64,000 bases of DNA from Octopus vulgaris (GCA_951406725.2 OX597823.1:114080001-114144000); one strand, 5' to 3'. Counted from the first letter of the stretch, positions 13,751 through 28,844 are shown. Numbers and translations: made by a program. The notes: generated from the sequence alone by a model not told the origin.

Positions 13751-14420
13751 AGTGAGAGGAAGATAGGTCTTGTATTCTTCAATTCAGAACTGTTATAAAA
13801 TAACTTGTAGCATTATTTAATATATCATTTGCTGAGGGGGGAAATGAAGATGAACATTTCTACAAGTAACTACGTAGCTTTTTCTCTCTGTTAAATATCT
13901 CTAGCTACAATCATTTCTATTCCATTTAACCAATATGGAAGACTACATTACTTGACAGTTGGGTTTATTTCAACGATTTTACAGAAGCAATATTTATTTC
14001 AAGATGAAGCACTACTGATCTTTGAAGAGTAAATCAATTTGATCACTCGGAGGGGATTTGGCTGATAACTTACAGTGTCAGCAGTGAAAGTTCACGAAGG
14101 ACAATTAGATTTGGCAGATTCAATATTCTGTCCACCATTCAAGAGAACACAGGGTATTGTGTTGCTTCTTATCGCTACGTTAATGAACACTCTTAGTTTT
14201 AGAAATGCGTGAAAAGTTACTATGGAAACAAAGACCAGATGATTGAAAGATGAGAGATCATTTATGGAATAAGGAGATGAGAGAGAGATTACGCCGATGG
14301 TTATAACTCCGAATTGAATATTTCAAAAAATATTTCTGACGTTCAATCATTCAATTACATTTTCTACTCGCTGCTCTCTCCATCTCGTTTTCACATTTTT
14401 CTTTTCGTGCATTCTCTTCA

Positions 14421-14479
<59 letters not shown>

Positions 14480-16189
14480 ACTCTCTTTCTCTCTCTCTCT
14501 TTCTCTGCATATCTGTATTTATGCACGTATCTATATACATACAGAAACACTGAAAGCATGCACACGTACAATATTAACACACAGGGAAACACACTCAATA
14601 AAAGACATACACATACTCTTACGTTTATATCTATTTATATATATATATGTACACACATGCATACATACATACATACATACATACATACATACATACATAC
14701 ATACGCGTGCACACATATGTGTGTGTTTGTGTCAGTGTCTGTGTTTGTGTGTGTAACGATTGAATTTCGTTACACTGTCATGGTATTAGTTTCACGCAGG
14801 AAAGGTGAAACGTCGAAAGCTGTTCAACGTTTAGGATTGCTTTTCCTGCATGAATGAAAACAGGTAAAGAAAAAGGAGAGAATGGAAAGAAAAATATTGC
14901 ACAAAGGAGGATTTACGTTCTGTTTGTTTGAGATGCTGTGAACTAAAAGGTGACATGAAAGAGGCACATTGGGTAAAAAAGATAGATTTTGGCAGACTAA
15001 TAGAAAAGAGCAGATATCCGTTCCCAAGTTTGATGTGTGTCTATAGCACATTACGTATGTGTATAAGCATAGGTCAACCGATGTGTGTACATGAATGGCT
15101 TTATGTGTATTTTGTGTTTGGAAATATATGTGTTTATTAGTGCGTAAAGTGAACCTTGCTGGATAATCGCATGGGTAAGATGTACGTACTTTTGTATCAC
15201 CAGTCAATTGGTGATTGCGAACGGTCACTTTGGGATCCATTTTAAATATAATAATTTCCCAATGTCGGCAACGTCTCCTTAGGATAAATATGCATGAAAT
15301 TCAAATGAGGCTTTTGCACTTCAGTTGCGAGGAATTCTAAGATGGAAGCAAGATCTGAGATGCAGAAGTCCCGCATGTATCCATACTTACATGGTGTGTC
15401 TCAAATACAGAAGTTAATTACAAGAAATTCCACTGGAAAACCCTGTTTCTAGTATCATGGCATACATGCATAGTACCATATGAAAAGCAAAATGTAAAAA
15501 TAGGTTTTGAAATATATAAATATATTACAATAAAATAGTAAAACACAAGGATAGCTGTAGAAAAAAATAGATTTTTATAATATTCTTAATAATACTGATG
15601 ATAACAATGATAACAATAACAACAGCAACAAAGAGAAGTATAACGAATAAACAGTCAGGCAAATCGAAAATATGTATTCATTTAGTTATTGATTAATCTT
15701 TATTAGCATGTCTGCGTTATATCGGTAACATCGTCTGAGTGAGTTCACATATATTTGATAATGAAATGTAGGAAAACAAGAGAAACAGAAAAGAAGAAAA
15801 AAAAAGGGAAATACACGATGATATGTGAAAGAATGAAACAATAAAAGAAACGACATTTATAAAACTATACACATATAGGTACGTACTTAATTTATTCATA
15901 CATGCATTCATATATATGTGTATATGGACATGTATGTATATGTTAACACACACACCGCATATATATAATATATATATGTATATAATATATATATATGCGA
16001 TGATAAAAGTATGATGCGTAAACCAGAGAGCACACTCGAGGGTAAATGCGTCAGTGGTTGCAGTGAAAAGTGATATGGCGGCGATTCCAGAATTGGAATA
16101 TTTTCTTGCGTCAATATTCTTTAAGCAAAGTAGAACATTTAGGAAATTTCCCTTGGGCTGTATTCTTAGAGAGTTCGATTAATATATTC

Positions 16190-16780
<591 letters not shown>

Positions 16781-17292
16781 GAAACGAATTCTCTCTAGAC
16801 TTACGCAATTTTGTTATTTCATGAAAATCTTTTGGAGTGTATGTGTATGTGTTTGTGTCTGCACGCACTGCTGCACGCCTATTTGTGCGCGCGCATGTGT
16901 GTGTCTGCATGTATGTGTGCTAGAATGCCGTATTTTACTGGAATGCCTATCTACCGAGCAAATGTATAACCATATGTCAAATATGTAGCTATTTGTTCTT
17001 CATATCATTATACTTATCATTAAAGTTACCTAATATATTTTCACCTATGCATATATATGTGTGTATATATACACATACATACACACACATGCAGATAGAT
17101 AGATAGTTAGATAAATAGATAGATAGATAGATGTACAGAGAGATACATACATATATATATACATATATATATACATATATGTCACCGTAATGACCAGGCT
17201 ATCCGATGTTGCCACACATCGCTGGTCACAATGCGCTTCGCATTGTTTTAGCCTTCAAATGACGCCACCCCGCTGGCTAAGCGACTAGACCA

Positions 17293-17349
<57 letters not shown>

Positions 17350-17352
<3 letters not shown>

Positions 17353-17538
17353 AGAGTTTACGAAAAAAAACAACAAAAGACGAAGACAGGTGGTGTACAA
17401 ATCAGACAGATGTATTAGTATAACGTTCAGGAATAGAAAAAGTATTTTACGTTTCGAGCCTACGCTCTTCTACAGAAAAGGACACAGAAAACAAGGAGAG
17501 AAAAAAATGTGTGTAGTAGCTAACGATTTATCATGGCG

Positions 17539-17540
<2 letters not shown>
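17350..17540 (-). mobile_element. ~190-bp PLE terminal-repeat-like element with minimal hammerhead motif, flanked by (TA)n
   Basis: Minus strand CTGTAGAA-GAGC-GTAG-GCTC-GAAACGTA. Homologous to 48205-48420 on + (shared CTAATACAT...ACCTGTCTTCG). Confidence 0.65.
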
Positions 17541-17580
<40 letters not shown>

Positions 17581-17656
17581 TGCATATATATATTGATACA
17601 CCTATGAATAAATCTACTTACATATATATTATATACAGTCACATGTCACATATATG

Positions 17657-17736
<80 letters not shown>

Positions 17737-18769
17737 CAGAGGATGTTCTATAAGGGACGGATAAGGAGCTAGACAGCGACAGGGACAACAGATGTTCGTG
17801 TGTCATATGTTAGTGTGATGCTTTTGAAAAATTAGGCCGGTGCAATGTGATTGCTTCTCTTACGGATCTATTTAGTTGGTTATTATCTGAAATTCTCAAC
17901 ATTAAATAATCGTGAATGTGCTGCATAAAAGCATCCAAATACATCCTTCATTTATTCCGTTTTTGTAACAATGTTTTAGTCTTCAAGATATTCTCTTTAG
18001 CAATATGGAATTCTTCCCTGCGAAATGTAAGTTAATGGAGGAAATTATATTTTATAACGCAAATATCTCAGCACACAATAAATCGACCAAATATTCTAAC
18101 ATAGATATTACCAGTTTATTATTTTTTTCATGTACAAGTGATAAAAGAATTACTGCAAATTGTAAAGGCAAATTTTGATTAAAATCTGTAGTATAGAAGT
18201 AACTCAATCTCTTGTATGCAAAGGAAGACTATATGATCCCCATTTATTTCGACTTACTATTCATCTCAGACTGTTGGCAGATGAACACAGTTACATCTTG
18301 TTACACTTGAACCACACTATATTCTAATAAACACACAGCTACATCAAAGTCCACGTAACCTGCTGAATGTGCCAAATGCAATCCAAACATTTCCGTCACA
18401 TGTCTTCTCTAGACCGTTATTAATTACATTGGACGACGATCTGTAATTCTGTCTGCATTGCTCGCGGTTAAAAAAATCAATACAGCCTACACATATTGAA
18501 CATGATGGTGTGATATGTATTCTTATGAACTGTGCAAGACAAATCAAACAACACATATATATTAGTGTAAGTTCTGGAAGACATACATTTTTATATGGAT
18601 AGAGATCGACCGAAAGAAAAATCATTTGAGTGAACCCCTAGAACAAAATGTAGAAAGGTTTCGTTATGTGAGTACGTATGCGTGTGTATATGTGTATGTA
18701 GTACTTCTACTGTCATCAGTTTTTTCAGTGGCCATTCTTATGCGATTGGCTTTTGGTGATGAAGGGAGT

Positions 18770-19390
18770 TCAACATAGCTGCCTGCTTTTCAGATTCTTG
18801 CAGTAAATTCTTTTCGGTTTCTGATACCTTAGACAGAAGGAGATCAATTTGCTTCTTGAGAACATCTACCCGTACATCATAAAGATCCCTCGGATATTTT
18901 GGAAAGGCATTAAATAGCTATGAGTCCTTGAATCCCGAGCTGTTGCAGTACATGGTCCTCACTCTAAATTGGATAGATGGAACATTTGGAAAAGTACAGT
19001 GACGTCCATTTCGGGGGTTAGTATAGCTCTGGATGCCAATGTTTGGTGCCAGCCCCTCCAGGATATTCCATCCCTATATTGCTGCATAACTCTCCTGTCA
19101 TCACTCCAGGGAATAGAGTTCTTTCAGTCTCTCCCAGTAGCTTACCTATTTCATTAATGCAGCGCCTGAACTTCCTCAAGTTCCGCTATAAATTTGACAC
19201 AACAGGAATGACCATAATTGGTAGTAGTAGTCCAGCCGACTGAGTAGAAATGTTTTTCTTATTACTAGCAGAGTCTCCTGGTCCACTGTTCCGAAGGTTC
19301 TCAGAATCCATCCAGCCATTCACTTATACATTGCGACCATCTTGGTGATGTGAACGTGAAACGAGACTTCATTGCTCATGTCCATTCCCA
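18770..19390 (-). pseudogene. CR1/L2-group LINE ORF2 C-terminal remnant
   Basis: Minus-strand translation with frameshifts gives MAGWILRTF..LSRLDYYYQLWS, SYWERLKELYSLE and WNILEGLAPNIG, typical of the CR1-group ORF2 C-terminus. Confidence 0.75.
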
Positions 19391-19604
19391 GATCACGTAC
19401 TTTTCTATTTTGTCTGCCTACTCCATTACCACTCAATTTGGTCCTAACTATTGTTGCTGTTGTTGCCGTTGCGGCATGTGAGCACTGGGTATCTGAGAGG
19501 GGAGGGCTCGCAATTTACTATTATTAAATCGCATGTTGTTTTCCTCAACCCATTTATGTTACATCTAGGTATTTCTGTAACGATATATGTGTGTGTGTAC
19601 ATAA

Positions 19605-19703
<99 letters not shown>

Positions 19704-19707
19704 TATG

Positions 19708-20120
19708 AGGCGGCGAGCTGGCAGAAACGTTAGCGCGCCGGGCGAAATGCGTAATGGTATTTCGTCTGTCGTTACGTTCTGAGTTCAAATTCTACCGAGG
19801 TCGACGTTGCCTTTCATCCTCTCGGGGTCGATAAATAAAGTACCAGTTTCGCACTGGGCTGATGTAATCGACTTAATACCTTTGTCTGTCCTTGTTTGTC
19901 CTCTCTGTGTTTAGCCCCTTGTGGGTAGTAAAGAAATAGGTATTTCGTCTGCCGTTACGTTCTGAGTTCAAATTCCACCGAGGTCGACTTTGCCTTTCAT
20001 CCTCTCGGGGTCGATAAATAAAGTACCAGTTTCGCACTGGGTTGATGTAATCGACTTAATCCCTTTGTCTGTCCTTGTTTGTCCCCTTTGTGTTTAGCCC
20101 CTTGTGGGTAGTAAAGAAAT
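19708..20120 (+). mobile_element. SINE family B, dimer
   Basis: Head plus two near-identical ~180-bp units, directly after a (CA)n tract. Confidence 0.9.
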
Positions 20121-20941
20121 ATATATATGTATGCCGGTATATATATATATATATGCCGGTATATATACTGTGTGAGTGTGTGTATTTAATGAGTTTAGCA
20201 TGAAGGTTTTGATGTATATACCTTAGGGAATAAGTAAATTTCTCCTTCATATTCAGAGAGTGATGGCGAAAGTGAGAAAGATTTGTATAAATTCATATAC
20301 GACAATGGAAGCAACAGACATGAGCGGCAAGTTCTTAAGATCTTTGTAATTTCAAAAGAAGATAACCTAGAACCATTATTAGTCATCGAAGTCTTTTCGG
20401 ATTTCCCTGTGAAGTTAGTATATGGAATATACCATTTCTCAATTCTGACTTTAATAATCTATATATTCTAAAAAATATATGTAATGAATGAATGTTAATT
20501 GGAAGGTAAATAACTAGTAAAGAAAGAAATATGAGAGAAGTTGTAATGAATTTGAAGACAAGATAAGAATCGAATGATAATCGTGAAAACAGAAAATGAT
20601 CTGCGAGAAAGAAGCGAAGAAAATGGAAGAAGGAATAACTGAGAAGTTGGCAAAAGAAAGGTTTGGAAGTAAAATACTATAAACTTCAAGAATAGTTTAC
20701 TGAGAAATAAGATGTCGAAACTGTATAAAATATAATGAAATGTATTGAAGACTAGTAAAAAGAGGGAGAGAAAAGAAACATACATATAAATAAATAAATA
20801 TATATATATATATGTGTGTGTATGTATATATATAATTTGCGAAGGTGTCATTAATTCTATTATTATCCAATGTAACTATGTTAAAAATGATATTAACAGA
20901 ATCAATGGCACAGGCGATAGCAGGCCAAAAATTAGCATTAA

Positions 20942-21072
20942 ATAGCCGAGGGATTTAGAATTAATCAAAGGACATACTAAGTATGTCTACCTGCTGGAAA
21001 TAACAGTTAAAACTCTATCAAACAGGTAGACATACTTAGTATGTCCTTTGATTAATTCTACAAATCCCTCGG

Positions 21073-21076
<4 letters not shown>
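20942..21076. repeat. Inverted repeat, ~52-bp arms, 29-nt loop, abutting (TA)n
   Basis: ATAGCCGAGGGATTT...GTCTACCTG versus CAGGTAGAC...AAATCCCTCGGCTAT, with one 2-nt indel. Confidence 0.9.
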
Positions 21077-21120
<44 letters not shown>

Positions 21121-21437
21121 AGAAGAAGAAGAGTAAATAATTTATTTAATGGTTTTTTAACAAACTAACAATTATTTACTGGTAGATTTCGGCATGTAAA
21201 TATAACCATTAACGGTAGAACTTCTGTAAAATTCAGTATATATATATATCTATATAAATAAAAGGGGCAGGCAACAGGTTGCTTGGCCGCATACCGAAAA
21301 AAATTAGAAATGGCAGCCATAGACTGTTTATTTCTATTTTCTACAAATGGGACTATTTGTAGAAAATAGAAATAAACAGTCTATGGCTGCCATTTCTAAT
21401 TTTTTCGGTATGAGGCCAAGCAACCTGTTGCCTTCCC

Positions 21438-21444
<7 letters not shown>
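21121..21444 (-). mobile_element. Fold-back element in (TA)n: ~90-bp arms (21258-21348 / 21355-21444), 6-nt loop, unpaired extension with HHR-like remnant
   Basis: Near-perfect hairpin. The extension on the minus strand reads ...TTTACATGCCGAAATCTACC and is homologous to 13077-13292. Confidence 0.8.
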
Positions 21445-21500
<56 letters not shown>

Positions 21501-21550
21501 GTAGATAGCTAGATAGATAGATAGATAAATAGATAGATAGATAGATAGAT

Positions 21551-21591
<41 letters not shown>

Positions 21592-22121
21592 TATGTATGT
21601 ATGTATGTATCCCCATGTGTGAGTGTTTGCGTTTGTATATGCGTTCTTGTATGTGTGTTTGTGTGGATACGTCTTTGCAAGTTTGTCAGAATGAAGAGTA
21701 GGAGCCTGTGGCAGTGCAGACCTCCGGCAACCTCAGACCCCGGTCCGTGACGCTGTTCACCCTTTAGCCTAGTGAAGATATCTGTTCGCATGTGCAAGCC
21801 TGGTGAGTCACAGTGAGCTGTTGCTGCTCATCTCCTTCGTCTTTTCCATTTTGTCTGCCGAGATCACGAGTCCGTCTAACTTACAGAATATTCTACTTTC
21901 CACTCCTTTAGATAAAGTTACTTTATATGTGTGTCTGTGCGTGCGTGTATGTATGTGTGTTTGCGTGTGTGTGTTCGTGTGTATGTAAATGTGTGCGTTT
22001 TTCTGTTTAAAACAAAATATATATAACCATAATCTTCAACGGAATAGTGAGAAGGAATAATGTATGGATGGATTGAGAAATAATTTATAAAAGAAACAAT
22101 GTGAAAGAAAGACAGAAGATA

Positions 22122-22532
22122 AGCTGGCGAGCGTGCAGAATCGTCTGCACACCGGGCGAAATGCTCAGCGGTATTCCCTCTGCCGTTACGTTGTGAGTTC
22201 AAATTCCGCCGAGGTCGCCTTTGCCTTTCATTCTTTCGGGATCGATAAATTAAATACCAGTTACTGGGGTCGATATAATCGTCTTAATCCGTTTGTCTGT
22301 CCTTGTTTGTCCTCTCTGTGTTTAGCCCCTTGTGGGTAGTAAAGAAACAGGTATTTCGTCTGCGGTTACGTTCTGAGTTCAAATTCCGCCGAGGTCGACT
22401 TTGCCTTTCATCATTTCGGATCGATGAAATAAGTAACAGTTACGCACTGGGGTCGATATTGTCGACTTGATCCGTTTGTCTGTCCTTGAATGTCCCCTCT
22501 GTGAGTAGCCCCTTGTGGGTAGTAAAGAAATA
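22122..22532 (+). mobile_element. SINE family B, dimer
   Basis: Head plus two units, as in the other family B copies. Confidence 0.88.
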
Positions 22533-22559
22533 AGAAAAACTAAAGTGGATAGCAAGTGA

Positions 22560-23010
22560 AAAGTGTGGAGGTAGGGGGAGTAGGAAGAGTAAGGTGAATA
22601 GGAAAAGGAGGAGGAGAAGATGAAGAAAAAGAAGAAGGAGAAGAAGAAGATAATGATGATGATGATGATGAGGATGATGATGAAGAAGAACAAGAAGAAG
22701 AACAAGAACAAGAAGAAGAACAAGAAGAAGCAAAGGAGAGGAGGAGATGGAGGAGATGGAGGAGCGGACGAGGAGAAGTGGCGGAGGAAGAAAAAAGGAT
22801 ACGAAAAATAAGAAGAAAGCGAGGAGAATGAAGAAGAAATGGAAAGATAAAAAAAAGTAGATGAAAAGGAAGATGAAAGAGATGAAGATGAAATGAAACA
22901 TTAAAGAAGAGGAGTCGAGGAGGTAGAGCAGGAGTGTTGAAGAGAATGAGGGTTGTTGTTGATGATGATGATGATGTTGGAGGGAATGATGATGATGACG
23001 ACGACGATGG
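22560..23010. repeat. Purine-rich GAA/GAT/GAG trinucleotide low-complexity tract
   Basis: Read directly from the sequence. Confidence 0.9.
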
Positions 23011-23387
23011 TGAGTGAAAAGTATCTATCGAAGTGAATAGATGGGGAAAAGAAATTTCCAACGATTGAAAATATGTAAAACGAAAGGAAGTCCGTAAGAA
23101 AAACATAATGGAATTATCTTGAAAGAATAAAAGTAAAATTAAAATTTTGAAAAGAAGGAAAGTGAAGAGTATATTAAATGCTTAAAAATCTTAAAACAGA
23201 AGGGTTTAATACAAGAAAAGATGACATAAAGAAAGGAAAGTGCAATTAAAGATTAAACAAATAAAAGTAGAAGGAAATAAATAAAGTTAAGTGGGAAAAT
23301 AAGGTGTACTCATGGGATATATATATATATATATATATATATAGATAGATAGATATATATATATATAGATAGATAGATAGATAGATG

Positions 23388-23424
<37 letters not shown>

Positions 23425-23444
23425 ATATATATATATATATATAT

Positions 23445-23479
<35 letters not shown>

Positions 23480-23669
23480 TAGATAGATAATATACATGTG
23501 GGTGTGTGTGTATGTGCATACGTATATAATATGTACATGTATGTAATACATATATGTATATATGCATATATATATGTATAAAAATATAAATATATATATA
23601 TTCATAAATAAACCATATATTTATTCATATATATTTAAATGTATGCATGCACATATGTATGTATGTGTG

Positions 23670-23700
<31 letters not shown>

Positions 23701-24107
23701 AATAAATGAATAACATAAAGAAAAATAATGAAAGTCTAAATAACAAGAAAGCATCGAAGTGACTTGAATATTTATTTTGTGATACGAATATTAAATTATT
23801 ATACTCTGTGTTGATAGGAAATGTAACATATATTGTATTATTTTAAAAAATGTGCTTCAGACCGCCTCTATTTACTTCAAGTTCATTTATAGCACGTGTC
23901 TCTTTTATTAATTACTCCGATTGATCTCTATCAGCATATCTCTCACTGAATAACCCCGTATGTTGACAACATCTGTATTGAGGGCATGATAACTTCATCT
24001 GCTATCGTATGAAGAAATTGAAACTATAGCATCCTGGAAGAATATTCGAAACTAAAATAGAATAATCTTTTATATTCGAATTCATATAAAAGTTTATGTG
24101 CATATAC

Positions 24108-24437
24108 ATGGCACAGTGGTTAGAGCATGGAGCTTTAGCTCGTGAGGTTGTGAATTCAAAACTCGGACCGGGCTGCGTGTTGTGTTCTTGAGCAAGACAT
24201 TTTATTTCACATTGCTCCAGTTCACTCAGCTGTAGAATTGAGTTGCGACTTCACAGGTGCCAAGCTGTATCGGCCCCTTTGCCTTTCCCTTGGATAACAC
24301 TGCTGGCGTAGAGAAGGAAGACCGATATGCATGGGCGACTGCAGGTTCTTCCATAAACAATCATGCCCGGACTTGTGCCTGGGAGGGTTGCTTTGTAGGT
24401 GCAATCCCATGGTCAGTCATGACTGAAGGGAGTCTCA
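24108..24437 (+). mobile_element. tRNA-derived SINE family D (CORE-like middle)
   Basis: TGGCACAGTGGTTAGAGC A box, then GTGTTCTTGAGCAAGACATTTTATTTCAC. Its 3' half matches 61637-61832. Confidence 0.8.
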
Positions 24438-24489
<52 letters not shown>

Positions 24490-24491
<2 letters not shown>

Positions 24492-24965
24492 TTATATTTA
24501 TAATAAGATTAGCTCGTATACGAGTGGGTATATATTTGTAAAAAATGAAGTTTGAAAATGCTGCTATATTAGACAAATTTTAATTTTTATATATACATTA
24601 TTTACTTAACATGTTTCGGTTCTTGAAATGACGAACCTTATCAAAAAAAATATATATAAAAAAGATAGTTCATGCTATCAAATATAAAAAATTCATATAT
24701 AATATTCAATAGAGTCAGACATAAAAAATTCATATATAGTAAAGCGAGTCCATGCTATATGTTTAAAGAGTATGGTGTAGTAGTTCATAGTGGTGATATG
24801 CATTCAATATAAAAAATTCATGTTCTTGAAAAAGCGAGGAATTCATTTTAGATTTTACCTTGTGTTCCAATGGGAGCAACTGCAATGACTTTTGGTTGGT
24901 GTCTGTTCGTATAGTTTTGGTGAATCTTGTGAATTGTTTGGGTTTTATATCAGTTCAGCTTAGCT
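24490..24965 (-). mobile_element. PLE terminal-repeat-like remnant with hammerhead motif at 24606-24646
   Basis: Minus strand TTGATAA-GGTTC-(GTCATTTCAA)-GAACC-GAAACATGTTA, with palindromic stem III. Bounded by (TA)n and (TC)(TA)n. Confidence 0.55.
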
Positions 24966-24990
24966 GTCTCTCTCTCTCTATATATATATA

Positions 24991-25706
24991 TCATATCAAA
25001 AGGGTAATGGAATTTAATTAAATTTAAAATATTCAATCAAAATTTACATTTCCAGTGGTCTAACGTGCAAAAAATTTGTCAAAAAGACTATATATTAATT
25101 ATATGATAGTGTAAAATTATACACATAAGGAATCTACACCTAGGGTGAAGATTCAGCGCCTTAGAGAGCCACAAATTAATGGATAAGATTCGACAGGAAC
25201 AAAAATTTGAAAATGAAAATCATTTAACATTTATTACCCCGGACCAATATTGGTTTCTGATCTTCTTTTAGCGAGTCATAGGAACTTACAAGGTCTGATC
25301 TTTCTCAACGAGGGCCAACCTGGGGTTAAAACATGTAAAACAGAAGACAGGGAACAGCTGTCTGCCTGCTGACTACACGAAGTAACTTTTCAAAATTTCT
25401 CTGCGCAATCACAGTCCTATCGACAGCCAAAACAAACCGCCAATGTTAACCCTGTCTTCTATTTTACATGTTTTAACCCCAGGTTGGCCCTCGTTGAGAA
25501 AGATCAGACCTTGTGAGTTCCTATGACTCGCTAAAAGAAGATCAGAAACCAATATTGGTCCGGGGTAATAAATGTTAAATGTTTTTCATTTTCAAATTTT
25601 TGTTCCTGTCGAATCTTATCCATTATTTTTGTGGCTCTCTAATGCGCTGAATCTTCACCCTAGGTGTAGATTCCTTATGTGTATAATTTTACACTATCGT
25701 ATAATT
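24991..25706. mobile_element. Fold-back element in (TA)n: ~256-bp arms (25097-25352 / 25450-25706), ~97-nt spacer, ~100-bp unpaired extension
   Basis: Arms are reverse complements with few mismatches. Each carries GAAACCAATATTGGTC (HHR GAAA, palindromic stem III, GUC). Confidence 0.85.
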
Positions 25707-25782
25707 CAAATACATATATATATTTGCAGACACACATATATGTATATATATACACACACACACATATATATATATATATGTA

Positions 25783-25821
<39 letters not shown>

Positions 25822-25906
25822 TAGATAGATAGATATATACATTTATATATAGTATATATACACACATATATATGTATGTATATATATGTATATGTGTATG
25901 TATGTA

Positions 25907-25971
<65 letters not shown>

Positions 25972-25978
25972 ATTTGGA

Positions 25979-26112
25979 TAAATTAAGAAATGGAGTCAAA
26001 CGCTGCTGTTATTCAAATCAGTTATATTTCCAACATATGTTTCGAAAAGACCGTATGTTTGAAGTACACATTTTTTTAATAAAACCTGCGTTTGACTCCA
26101 TTTCTTAATTTA
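25979..26112. mobile_element. 134-bp MITE-like element with 25-bp perfect terminal inverted repeats (TIRs)
   Basis: TAAATTAAGAAATGGAGTCAAACGC versus GCGTTTGACTCCATTTCTTAATTTA. Confidence 0.7.
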
Positions 26113-28844
26113 CTTATGTTATGCAAATACATTTCACTTAACCCTGGAATTTTTACCTTTATAAACGGCTGTAGTATCCTTAGCACTTACCTGAATTTTT
26201 GCTACCTGATAGCTATTTATTTTTTTTTCCTTTTTATTTGAACACATTGAAAAAATATACATATATTTATATACATACATATATATACGCACTCCGATTT
26301 TTCTATTCATATGTGTGTGTATATGCATGTGTGTGTGTCTGTAGATAGAGGAAGAGGAGGACGAAAATATGATGATGATGAGGAGGAGGAGGAGGAGGGT
26401 GACGACGATGATAAAGAAATGATAGCATTCATATTTTATCGACATCACAATGAAGATAGGCGATGTTCACATTTGCGGGATTTGGACCAAATGCTAACAG
26501 ATCTGGTACAAGTCTCTGAAAATGCATTCAACCCGAAGATCTTCTATTTCACAGCAGTTAAATTATAAATCGATTATGCATATATACACACATATATATA
26601 TGTGTGATTATTCACCCACAGATTATATGTAAATATGTGTTTGTATGGTGTGCGTATGTTTGTATATATACATGTAATCAGTATTTGAATGCTTACACAC
26701 ACACACACACACACGCACACACACATATACTTGCATGCACATACATATGCATACATATATGCATACGTGTGTGTACCTTCATTTTGTCCCTTTTTTTCCC
26801 TCTTTTATTCATGTTTTTCTTTTGTCAGTTTTCTACCCATTGAATGATATTTCGATTCCCTATAACTCCTGTATTTGACAGCTTTACAATCCCAGAATTA
26901 AACATATTAAAATACAAAACATAGATAATTTAATATATGATAATATCTTCCCCCACCCACCCCCGAAACTCTTTCATCTCTTCACCTTCCATTTTTCTGC
27001 CAATAACCTCTCCATCGATCTAATCTATTTACACAGGAAAAATAGAATAATTCCTTTTTAGTTTTAGTTCTTTGACTACTACATTAACTTAAAGATCTGT
27101 AGAATCATACGTTTGAAGTCGATAAATATGTTTGGTGTTGGAATATATTGAGATATGCTTCCATCTCCTTATGTATGTTATCTTCTTCCTGCATATATAT
27201 TCTTCCATAGGTTCGTGTTTGCAATTCGATTGATGTTTTTGTGTGTATATATCTTCCTATAGTTTTCATTAAGTAGGGATTAATTTATCTTGACTATTTT
27301 CCCTTTTGATCCTAATATTCTTTTTGGCTGTGATAGATGATGTGTATCTCCTGTATATAATAGATGCTGGATATATGTATGTACATTATCTAATTAGTAT
27401 TGGATCTTGATATTCATATGATGTCCCAGCAATTCGTACTTTGTTTTAACTCATGTTATTATTGAGTTCTTAACTATAATATATATATATATATATATAT
27501 ATTATACTGGTGTTATCAACATAGCAATAGAAAGCTAATGTGTGAATTCATAATCTCCACGTATGTATGCGAAATCATAAACATTGAGGCACATAGACTC
27601 ACCAAAAGTTTTAGACTGCTTTTCAAATTCAATTTTAAACTTGTGGAAAACCCGTGTTTTAATCTTCCTACTGTGAAAGTCTCTGTTTGGTTGTTGAGTT
27701 TATCTGCTGGATGGTGATCATGATGAAAATGTTGATGATGATCCGTCTTCATTCCCACACGATATGTGAATTACTGATCGTCTGCATAACACAGGATATT
27801 TAGAAGTGTCTGGAAGTCTACTCACTTCCAAATATTACTTGAAATCTTAAATGTTTTGAAAAATCTGTGACAAATGTGAAAAATAATACCTCGAAGAAAT
27901 TGGCATTTGGGTTAACATCATCTTCCTTGGCGTCCTTAAACTAGTATGAATATAGGGATGACCACGATTTATTAAATCTTCGGGCTATCGGCTAAAGAGA
28001 AGGTAAACACGAGTGCTAAATAACGCTAGACAAGGAGTTTTAATACACTACATAATAACGCGTCACGGACAACACAGAACTCATACATATCAGAATAATT
28101 CCTCTCACAAAGAAATAAAATCACTGAGTTCTCAGTAATTAATGCGAAAATGCCATTTCCGACCAGCAACAAAACTCCACACAACGTACGATTATCCTTT
28201 CTGGGAATTTGATCACTTGAAAGTTAACTGAAAGGTAATCGAGACTCACAGAAAATAATTGTTTAAAAATCGATATGGCCTTTTCAGTCTGCTCAATGTG
28301 GCCAGCGGAGCTGATATCGGTACAAGTGCATATTTCTTTAACCATATTTCCGAATTGTCCTAAACCTACTTTGAGCTCAGCGGCTGGTTAATGATAACAT
28401 TTTCTATGAGAGACCAGAAGCTGAATTTGACATTCTACAAATCCCTTTTCATGTGCGGGTTGGGATACTCTTCACGGCTAAAGTCTCCTCGAAGCTCGTG
28501 GGTTTAAATATAAGTTTAGAGATTGGAAAAAAATCGTTTACCCGAAATGTAAACAATATCAGAGAGTATTGGAAATATTACTGTTTATACAAATCATGGT
28601 ATATCGACAAGGATACACTATAAAATACATGTTTGAGTGTAAGTCGAGATATCCGGCACAAAATAGGGAAGTGAAACCACTAAAGCATTAGAAAGTCTAT
28701 GTTAACCGAATTCATCCACCTTCAAACACACGTAAGGAAATATTCAGTCACAACTTGACATTCAAAGGTCATTTGTTGTAGAGTAGCCTATTACAACTAC
28801 AACCAAAGTTGACAAAATTTTTTCATTAAACTTTAAAATATACC

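Noticed and set aside
22560-23010. Acidic E/D/K-rich coding exon
   Set aside because: A mosaic of trinucleotide repeats with stops and no clear splice signals.
26184-26210. Minus-strand CAG|GTAAGT donor suggesting a micro-exon
   Set aside because: No polypyrimidine tract or acceptor context upstream.
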